Shown here one piece after another: positions 1 to 6,008 of a DNA stretch of 6,008 bases. The position numbers and the translations under genes are program-made. The notes under the pieces were generated by a model. The model was not told the origin of the DNA. It did no database searches and saw only the letters and a list, made by a program, of their open reading frames with translations. The stretch comes from Octopus sinensis (Eukaryota). Numbering within the stretch: the stretch's first letter is position 1; every line of letters starts with the position of its first letter. Location: the NCBI RefSeq assembly GCF_006345805.1, contig NW_021829536.1:1-6008 (forward strand), written 5' to 3'.

Positions 1-141
1 ATAATTTCAGCGCATAGGAAATTGTTTACATGCCTGCATATAAACATGCAGCAATGAAATATATTTTATTAACATATTTTTACAGGGAGAAAAGACGTTT
101 CTACTTCGTTGCTATAATAGCGTCTCTTCTTACTTGTTTTG

Positions 142-512
142 TTTATTGCTTCAAAATTTACGAATAAGTATTTAATTAATAACTCTTACATACAAAGAAT
201 CAAAGAAACAGAAAAAGAAACATAAAAAAGAGGAGTTAATCATCAGAAGGTGGGTGGGAGGGGCTACACACCCCAGAACAAATAGCATAGTGAGTCGCGG
301 CGCGCGGTCCCGCCGCGCCCCATAGTCCTGCCACAGAGGATAACCAACATCACTCGCTGTAGCAGCCGGTCCACCTTACGGGACTCATCCTTCAGATGCG
401 CCGCTGTCATCCCAATTCTGTGGAGGAAATCGATAGTGCGGGATTCGAGAACATCTGATGTATCGACGGTTAACGGAACAAACACGAGGAAGGTTCCGAA
501 ACGGTTGTAACC
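142..512 (-). mobile_element. 3' fragment of a non-LTR retrotransposon with a restriction-like endonuclease (RLE; CRE-like): C-terminal coding remnant 512-264 plus a probable 3' UTR
   Basis: Extending the 264..485 ORF upstream in frame gives YNRFGTFLVFVPLTVDTSDVLESRTIDFLHRIGMTAAHLKDESRKVDRLLQRVMLVILCG. This follows my recalled CRE-type RLE C-terminal pattern KY-x8-FVPxxVETxGxxGxxxxxFLxxIG...LxQRxSxAIxRGN, including the Y-x8-FVP spacing. On the minus strand a T-rich tract and AATAAA (142-147) follow. The region is GC/CpG-rich relative to its flanks. Family call is from recalled motifs only. Confidence 0.55.
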
Positions 513-711
513 CTAAGGATGGAAGTGGTTGCCTAAATGCATTCACAAATATTTTATGATTTAAATACAGCTCTTGAGTTAATTATTTTTTTATCTCAAC
601 AGCATGGAATTCTGCATTACACTCCTCTATATTGAACTACTCTGTGCTCTGCGACACATGTTCACTAGATGAGCTCTCTATGATAGCTACACAATTCTAT
701 CAATCCATATA

Positions 712-737
712 TTAGGTTGTCAAGAAAATTCTTGCGG
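712..737 (+). repeat. Mariner terminal inverted repeat (left in window)
   Basis: ttaggttgtcaagaaaattcttgcgg, preceded by TA; 24/26 to the reverse complement of 1957-1982. Confidence 0.95.
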
Positions 738-788
738 TTTTTAACCCTTAAATTCAGTTGCACATATCTCGGCTCGAACAAAACTTTA

Positions 789-1794
789 TTAGTCGAAATA
801 AACGCCATCAGAATCAACGCATTTTGCTGACGCGAAACAAATTTATTTATGCCAGTACCGTAAAAATCCTGCGTTCTGGAGGCGATGAAGTCATTGAAGG
901 AGTGTTTGGCATTGTCTTGGTTTTTGAAGCATTTCTCACGCAGGAAGTTGTCGAGATGATTGAAACAGTGGTAGTCGGTAGGCGAGAGGTCTGGTGAGTA
1001 TGGCGGATGAGGCAGAGTTTCGTAGCCCAATTCGTTCAACTTCTGAAGGGTCAGTTGTGCGACGTGTGGCCGAGCGTTTTCGTGGAGAAGAATTGGTCCT
1101 TTTCTATTGACCAATTATGGCTGTTGTCGGAGTTTCTTATGCATTTCATCCGGTTGCCGGCAGTACTTCCCCGCCGTAATGGCTTCGCCAGGATCCATAA
1201 AGCTGTGATGGGTGAGACCGGCCGCTGACCACCAAACAGTCACCATGACCTTATTTTGGTGTAACTTCTGGAAGTGCTGTAGAGCTTCGTCGGCGTCCAA
1301 CCACTGAACTGAACGTCGCCGGTTGTCGTAAAGAATCCACTTTTCATCGCAAGTTACAATCCGGTCGAGAAACGGGTCGTTCTTGTTGCGTAAAAGAAGG
1401 GAAGACGGCACTTCAAAACGGTGTATTTTTTTTTGTTCAATTCGTGCGGCACTCATTTCTCAAGTATTTTTGTTTTTCCAATCTCTTTCAAGTGGCTCGA
1501 AGTTGTTGTATACGTTACGTCTAATTCAGAAGCAAGCTCTCGAACAGTTGTGCGTGGATTGGCCTCGACTAAGGCTCTTAGTTGATCGTTGTCAACATCC
1601 GATGGCCGACCACTATGCTTATCATCTTGAAGACTCTCGTGACTGCCACGAAATTTCTAGAACCACCATCGTGCTGTACGTTCATTAGTGGTTCTTGGGC
1701 CAAACTCATCGTTGATATCGCGACCTGATTCAGTAGCTTTTCGGCCTAGCTTGAACTGAAATAAGAAAATTGAGCGAATTTGCTTTTTGTCCAT
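789..1794 (-). pseudogene. Mariner DD34D-family transposase pseudogene
   Basis: ATG at 1794-1792: MDKKQIRSIFLFQFKLGRKATESGRDINDEFGPRTTNERTARWWF*KFRG...SGRPSDVDNDQLRALVEANPRTTVRELASEL...ILEK*VPHEL (WVPHEL motif), then RIVTCDEKWILYDN, HENARPH, YSPDLSPTDY, and after a frameshift CVDSDGVYFD* (stop 791-789). Lesions: TAG 1659-1657, TGA 1455-1453, TAA 1117-1115, frameshifts in the T-runs at 1426-1434 and 822-825. Track ORFs 1115..1456 and 665..1114 are in-frame pieces of it. Confidence 0.96.
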
Positions 1795-1956
1795 GTTGTA
1801 TTCAACGTTCCGGAAAAAATGGCCTAATTATTCAAAAAGAAAAAAAAGAAACACGATTAGATTGAGTGAAAAACGGGCTTTAAACTGATATATAAAGTCA
1901 AAGTAATTTAAAAAAATTAATTTGAAAAACAATCATTTGTAACCAAAATTAATATT

Positions 1957-1982
1957 CCGCAAGAACTTTCCTGACAACCTAA
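1957..1982 (-). repeat. Mariner terminal inverted repeat (right in window, transposase 5' side)
   Basis: ccgcaagaactttcctgacaacctaa, followed by TA at 1983-1984. Confidence 0.95.
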
Positions 1983-1988
1983 TACTAT

Positions 1989-1991
<3 letters not shown>

Positions 1992-2057
<66 letters not shown>

Positions 2058-2072
2058 AATATATATATATAC

Positions 2073-2116
<44 letters not shown>

Positions 2117-2147
2117 TGTGTGTGTGTGTGTTGTGTGTATGTATATA

Positions 2148-2185
<38 letters not shown>

Positions 2186-2230
2186 ACACACATTATATAT
2201 TGATTATATATATATATATATATATATATT
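1992..2230. repeat. Compound microsatellite (TA)n / (TG)n / (TA)n
   Basis: Interrupted TA run ~1992-2113, TG run ~2116-2137, then further TA runs to ~2230; read directly. Confidence 0.97.
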
Positions 2231-2233
2231 ACG

Positions 2234-2265
2234 TATTATTATTATTATTATCATTATTATTATTA
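2234..2265. repeat. (ATT)n microsatellite
   Basis: tattattattattattatcattattattatta. Confidence 0.9.
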
Positions 2266-2278
2266 AATGAATATTCCA

Positions 2279-2522
2279 ATGTATATGCTTTGTGCATTTT
2301 CCGGTGGTCGCAATGGCATGGCGGAGTATATAACTCTCATGTCACCGTGTTAAAATACTTTAGAGTTTTTACATTGCAACCACTGGAAAATACACAAACC
2401 ATATACATCAGTATATGCATATAATAACAATAATAACAACAACAACAATAACAATAATAAGAATAAGAATATATAACGTTATAAATAACGTTAGAAATAT
2501 ACTTTGATAAAATATTCTTTTA
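2279..2522 (-). repeat. Unclassified interspersed repeat, copy A: 37-bp-arm foldback (2279-2408), (AAT/AAC)n insert and TAACGTTA motif block; inverted relative to copy B at 5826-6008
   Basis: rc of 2474-2522 matches 5826-5874 at 45/49. rc of 2372-2408 matches 5912-5948 at 33/37. rc of 2316-2371 matches 5949-6002 at about 80% with gaps. Internal arms 2279-2315 and 2372-2408 are 33/37 complementary. Confidence 0.85.
2421..2470. repeat. (AAT)/(AAC) mixed microsatellite
   Basis: ataataacaataataacaacaacaacaataacaataataagaataagaat. Confidence 0.9.
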
Positions 2523-2716
2523 CTTGTTTCAGTCACTTGAGTGCGGCAATGCTGGAGCACCGCCTTAAAGGTTTTTTTTAGCCGAATAAATTTTCCCCGG
2601 GGCTTATTCTTTGTAAGCCTAGTACTTATTCTATCAGTCTATCTTCCCGAACCCCTACGTTACGCGGACATAAACACACCAGCATCGGTTGTCAAACGAT
2701 GGCTGGGGGACAATCA
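2513..2716 (-). mobile_element. 3' half of a SINE (octopus-type by recall); tRNA-related head not present
   Basis: Minus strand reads ...tgtcccccagccatcgtttgacaaccgatgctggtgtgtttatgtccgcgtaacgtagggg...gaataagtactaggcttacaaagaataag...ttaaggcggtgctccagcattgccgcactcaagtgactgaaacaagtaaaagaata. I recognise this from memory as the body and tail of a very abundant octopus SINE with an internal (TG)/(TATG) microsatellite, here starting at 2717. The tail is homologous to the LINE tail at 2934-2976 and to 4690-4732. No A/B box seen. Confidence 0.75.
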
Positions 2717-2740
2717 CATACACACACACGCACATATACA

Positions 2741-2773
<33 letters not shown>

Positions 2774-2776
2774 GCA

Positions 2777-2810
<34 letters not shown>

Positions 2811-2866
2811 CATACATACATACATACATACATACATACATACAAAACATACAACACATACATACA

Positions 2867-2920
<54 letters not shown>
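2717..2920. repeat. (CA)n-(TACA)n-(TA)n compound microsatellite, probably the SINE-internal repeat
   Basis: Long TACA array ~2735-2893 with a few interruptions, then a TA run to 2920. Confidence 0.95.
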
Positions 2921-2929
<9 letters not shown>

Positions 2930-3680
2930 TTTTCTCTAATTTCAGCTCAAAGCTGCGGCCATGCTGATGCACTGCCGTTTTGTGCTACACTATTATTACG
3001 AAGAACCTTGTCTAATATGTGGCACTTGGTGAAGGATGGAGTTTGATATAGCTACTCTCATTTGCACCTCTTGCCGTGAGGTAGGTTCATCTGGGACTCT
3101 TGACAGGAAGATGTCCAGCTTTGATTTAAAAACCACTACATCTACTTTGTGCAAGTTCCTCCGACTCTTTGGGAGAATATTAAAAAGCTGTGGGCCCTTG
3201 AAACCCAGGCTGTTGCAGAAGCTGGTCCTCAAGCGTGATGGCATTGCTGGGATCTTTGGCACTATGCAGTGTCGTCCCGTTCTAGCATTGGTGTAGCTTA
3301 CAATGCCAAAATTTGGAACAATTCCTTCCAGGATCTTCCAGACATATATTACTGCATACCTCTCCCGTCTTCCGTTCAGGGAGTAGAGTCTTAGCTGTTT
3401 CAACCTTTCCCAGTAGCTGAGCTGTTGCAAAGAGACGATCTTCTTTGTGAATCTTCTCTGGATTACTTCAAGGTCCGCTGTTAATTTTACCCTGGTGGGT
3501 GATCATAGCTGTGAGCAGTAATCCAGGCGGCTGAGGACGAATGTCCGCCAGAGGACCATCATGGTTTCCTTATCTCTGGTTCTGACTGTTCTTAGGATCC
3601 ACCCAGCCAGTCGTCTGCACTTTGTCGCCATCCTGGTAATGTGCACTTGGAAAGAGTATCATCACTCATGTCGATACCCC
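2921..3680 (-). mobile_element. 5'-truncated CR1-group LINE: RT C-terminus, short 3' UTR and 13-nt poly(A)
   Basis: Translation from ~3680: GIDMSDD/(frameshift)SFQVHITRMATKCRRLAGWILRTVRTRDKETMMVLWRTFVLSRLDYCSQL*SPTRVKLTADLEVIQRRFTKKIVSLQQLSYWERLKQLRLYSL...KGPQLFNILP...FKSKLDIFLSRVPDEP. This fits the CR1/L2-group RT thumb and C-terminal pattern (LEY-W-P, LE-VQRR-TK, LSY-ERL-L-L-SL-RR, FK-LD-FL). Conserved Trp is now TGA at 3505-3503. ORF ends TAA at 2998-2996. T13 at 2921-2933 is the poly(A). Confidence 0.9.
2996..3680 (-). pseudogene. LINE ORF2 reverse-transcriptase C-terminal remnant
   Basis: Includes track ORF 2996..3430 and its in-frame upstream extension through one stop (3503-3505) and a 1-nt frameshift near 3655-3660. 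No catalytic YADD region or endonuclease is present. Confidence 0.88.
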
Positions 3681-3682
3681 CG

Positions 3683-3755
<73 letters not shown>
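3683..3755. repeat. (TA)n microsatellite at the LINE 5' truncation point
   Basis: Pure TA run with one C at 3696. Confidence 0.97.
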
Positions 3756-3761
<6 letters not shown>

Positions 3762-3763
3762 TG

Positions 3764-3949
3764 TAAAGGATACGGATAAGGCCAGAATAATGCGAAGTAA
3801 ATGCAAGGCAAATAACAAGAAAACAAATATATGAATTAATGTAGATTTACCTTGCATTTAATATTTCGGGGTTATGAGCCGATATTTGTTTTCTTGTGAT
3901 TTGCCTTGCATTTACTTCGTATTGTTGTGACCTTACCCACGATTCTTTA
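3764..3949. mobile_element. MITE-like foldback element with 57-bp inverted arms
   Basis: 3774-3830 matches rc of 3882-3938 at 51/57, extending loosely to 3764 and 3949 where both ends are TA (possible TSD). 51-nt spacer, no coding capacity. Confidence 0.6.
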
Positions 3950-4119
3950 TTCAATATATTCTACACAGTGTTTCATAGTAATTATTCCATTATATATATA
4001 TATAGTAAAGCTTGGTTTTATATTATATACAAATAGCACTGAAATGGAAGATTACTCAATACTTAATTGTGGAGTGGATGTTCATTAAGCCTCTACATAG
4101 AATTGCTCTCTGTCTGCCT

Positions 4120-4171
4120 GTCTCTGTCTCTCTCCCTCTCTCTCTTATTTTCTTCTTTTCTATATGTATGT

Positions 4172-4252
<81 letters not shown>
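4120..4252. repeat. (CT)-rich tract followed by (CA)n(TA)n compound microsatellite
   Basis: CT/CTGT tract ~4120-4144, (AC)n 4174-4218, (TA)n 4219-4252. Confidence 0.95.
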
Positions 4253-4255
<3 letters not shown>

Positions 4256-4317
4256 GAGTAGAACTACTACAATTAATACGGAGACTGGTATGTCTTCATA
4301 TTTTTGATTTTCATTTT

Positions 4318-4512
4318 GTATATATATATACACATATATATATATACATATATATCGCACACATATATATATATACATATATATATATATATGTGTGTGC
4401 GATATACCATATTTACATATATATATATATACATATATACATACATACGTACATATATATATATATACATATATACATACATACATACATATATTTATAT
4501 TAATATATCTAT
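4318..4512. repeat. Degenerate (TA)/(TACA) low-complexity tract
   Basis: Interrupted TA and TACA runs; read directly. Confidence 0.9.
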
Positions 4513-4574
4513 ATGTGTGCATGTGTGCGTCCGTGTGTAGAATTATATGCAATCGTATGTATATATGAAGGTAT

Positions 4575-4586
4575 ACACACGCGCAC

Positions 4587-4678
<92 letters not shown>
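4575..4678. repeat. (CA)n(TA)n compound microsatellite
   Basis: CA run 4575-4645, TA run 4646-4678. Confidence 0.97.
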
Positions 4679-4680
<2 letters not shown>

Positions 4681-4689
4681 CACATAAAT

Positions 4690-4743
4690 GGCGGTGCCCC
4701 AGCATGGCCACAGCTCTTGAGCTGAAACTAGATAAAATAAAAT
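4690..4743 (+). mobile_element. Orphan 3' tail of the same or a related LINE family (extreme 5' truncation)
   Basis: ggcggtgccccagcatggccacagctcttgagctgaaactaga matches the LINE 3' end (rc of 2934-2976) at 37/43 columns, followed by A-rich taaaataaaat. Confidence 0.75.
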
Positions 4744-4892
4744 ATATAAAAAATTTATATATATCCCTAAATTTCTCATATTTTACTTTTACACTCACAA
4801 ATATATGATTTACTTCCTGTGTGTGTGTATATATATACATTATATCATATAATATTACATGTATATTTGCTTGTCTGTAAGTCTGTCTATCT

Positions 4893-4981
4893 GTATGTAT
4901 GTATGTATGTATGTATGTATGTATGTATGTATGTATGTATGTATGTATGTATGTATGTATGTATGTATGTATGTATGTATG
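4893..4981. repeat. (GTAT)22 tetranucleotide microsatellite
   Basis: Perfect GTAT run 4893-4980. Confidence 0.97.
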
Positions 4982-5229
4982 AATTGTTTACTTACGTTAT
5001 TGAAATTTTGAATTAGTCGCATTTAAGCTAACTATCCGGGAAATATTTTTGAAATTTCAACATCTGAGAGTAATACTAAGAATATTTAGTAGTTCGAAAT
5101 TCTGCAACAGACATTGGCAAAAATTCCTTATTGGAAAAATAATTCATGTAAATTAATATGTATAGTGAAAGACTTTTTAACTATTTTTCTTTAAATTTAA
5201 GATTTGCTTATTAGATTTTATCAATTTTC

Positions 5230-5402
<173 letters not shown>

Positions 5403-5404
5403 GT

Positions 5405-5622
5405 TATACATACATATGCATGTATATATACATTTATATACATATATATTCATATGTATGTATGTATGTATTTATGTATGTATGCAGGTATGTATCCATG
5501 CCTGTATATATATACATTTATATACATATATATATATTCATATGTGTGTATGCACATATGTATGCATGTATGTATGCATATATGTATGTATATACTCGTG
5601 TATCTACGTATATGTATATATT
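5405..5622. repeat. Degenerate (TATG)/(TA) low-complexity tract
   Basis: Interrupted TATG and TA runs, with an internal duplicated unit (5416-5457 vs 5498-5545). Confidence 0.9.
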
Positions 5623-5708
5623 TCTTGCATTCAAACATCGTACTTAAGTTTGACGTACTGATAACGTTTATATTATAGATCTGCTTCTATTGCATATTTT
5701 GAATATAA

Positions 5709-5790
5709 GTGTGTGTGTGAGTGTCTGTGTGTGTGAGTGTCTGTGCGTGTGTTTGAGTGTATATGCGTGTATATGTACGTATGCATGTTT
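5709..5790. repeat. Degenerate (TG)n tract
   Basis: gtgtgtgtgtgagtgtctgtgtgtgtgagtgtctgtgcgtgtgtttgagtgtatatgcgtg... Confidence 0.85.
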
Positions 5791-5825
5791 GTGTCTTGTG
5801 GTTGCTGTCTAAATGTATATTTACA

Positions 5826-6008
5826 TAAGAGAATATTTTTCCAAAGTATATTTCTAACGTTACTTATAACGTTAGAAATATATATATACATGTTATTAAA
5901 TATATATACTAATGTATATGCTTTGTGTATATTCCGTTGGTTGCAATGTAAAACTCTAAACTGTTTTAACGCCGGCCACATGAAGTTATATACTCCGCTG
6001 TCCATTTA
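5826..6008 (+). repeat. Unclassified interspersed repeat, copy B (inverted relative to 2279-2522; runs off the window end)
   Basis: Matches rc of 2474-2522 at 45/49, rc of 2372-2408 at 33/37, and the foldback spacer at about 80%. Contains a perfect 16-bp hairpin at 5847-5882. Confidence 0.85.

Larger units (their letters stand above)
712..1982 (-). mobile_element. Full-length (1271 bp) non-functional mariner DNA transposon, Hsmar1/cecropia-like
   Basis: TIRs 712-737 (ttaggttgtcaagaaaattcttgcgg) and 1957-1982 (rc ttaggttgtcaggaaagttcttgcgg) match 24/26. TA duplication at 710-711 and 1983-1984. Length is typical of mariners and the interior is a transposase pseudogene. Confidence 0.96.

Noticed and set aside
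72-120. Possible splice acceptor tttttacag/G
   Set aside because: No convincing open exon or donor follows, and such motifs are common in AT-rich DNA.
249-264. G-rich ggtgggtgggagggg as a G-quadruplex
   Set aside because: Only three tracts of G3 or longer; at best a weak two-tier structure, on the strand opposite the putative element RNA.
578-589. acagctcttgag, identical to part of the tail at 4710-4721
   Set aside because: A 12-nt match with none of the flanking tail motif; cannot be separated from chance.
665-824. C-terminal extension NALILMAF...HRELI of ORF 665..1114 running through the TIR
   Set aside because: Caused by a 1-nt deletion at 822-825. The true frame ends CVDSDGVYFD* at 789.
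758-1688. Plus-strand ORFs 758..997, 1007..1228 and 1383..1688
   Set aside because: They lie antisense to the transposase pseudogene and have no recognisable motifs.
2990-2998. Three consecutive stops (TAA TAA TAG) after LINE ORF2
   Set aside because: Real, but plausible by chance in an AT-rich UTR start; no functional claim can be supported from one copy.
3036-3779. Plus-strand ORFs 3036..3296 and 3561..3779
   Set aside because: Antisense to the LINE RT remnant; the second runs into (TA)n.
3759-3968. Possible continuation of repeat copy A (ttatgtaaa...aatatattctacacag) on either side of the MITE-like hairpin
   Set aside because: Only a 9-nt match plus weak AT-rich similarity to the inner flank of copy B; not significant without a consensus.

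Overview
AT-rich eukaryotic non-coding DNA with no recognisable host gene. It is a stack of decayed transposons separated by microsatellites (roughly a quarter of the bases are simple repeats). In order: (1) a 3' fragment of a probable restriction-like-endonuclease (CRE-type) non-LTR retrotransposon (~142-512, -); (2) a full-length dead mariner (712-1982, -) with 26-bp TIRs, TA target duplications and an Hsmar1/cecropia-like DD34D transposase broken by 3 stops and 2 frameshifts; (3) a foldback repeat at 2279-2522 with a second, inverted copy at 5826-6008; (4) the 3' half of a SINE (2513-2716, -) that I recall as an abundant octopus family, which would make the host a cephalopod (recall, not searched); (5) a 5'-truncated CR1-group LINE (2921-3680, -) between (TA)n tracts; (6) a ~185-bp MITE-like hairpin (3764-3949); (7) an orphan ~55-bp LINE 3' tail (4690-4743, +). 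The most interesting signal is that the LINE, the SINE and the orphan share one 3' tail whose terminal stem-loop shows compensatory changes, suggesting a LINE/SINE partner pair visible in one window. I see no evidence for a new protein-coding system. The YIYI/VCMY/HTHT ORFs are microsatellite translations.
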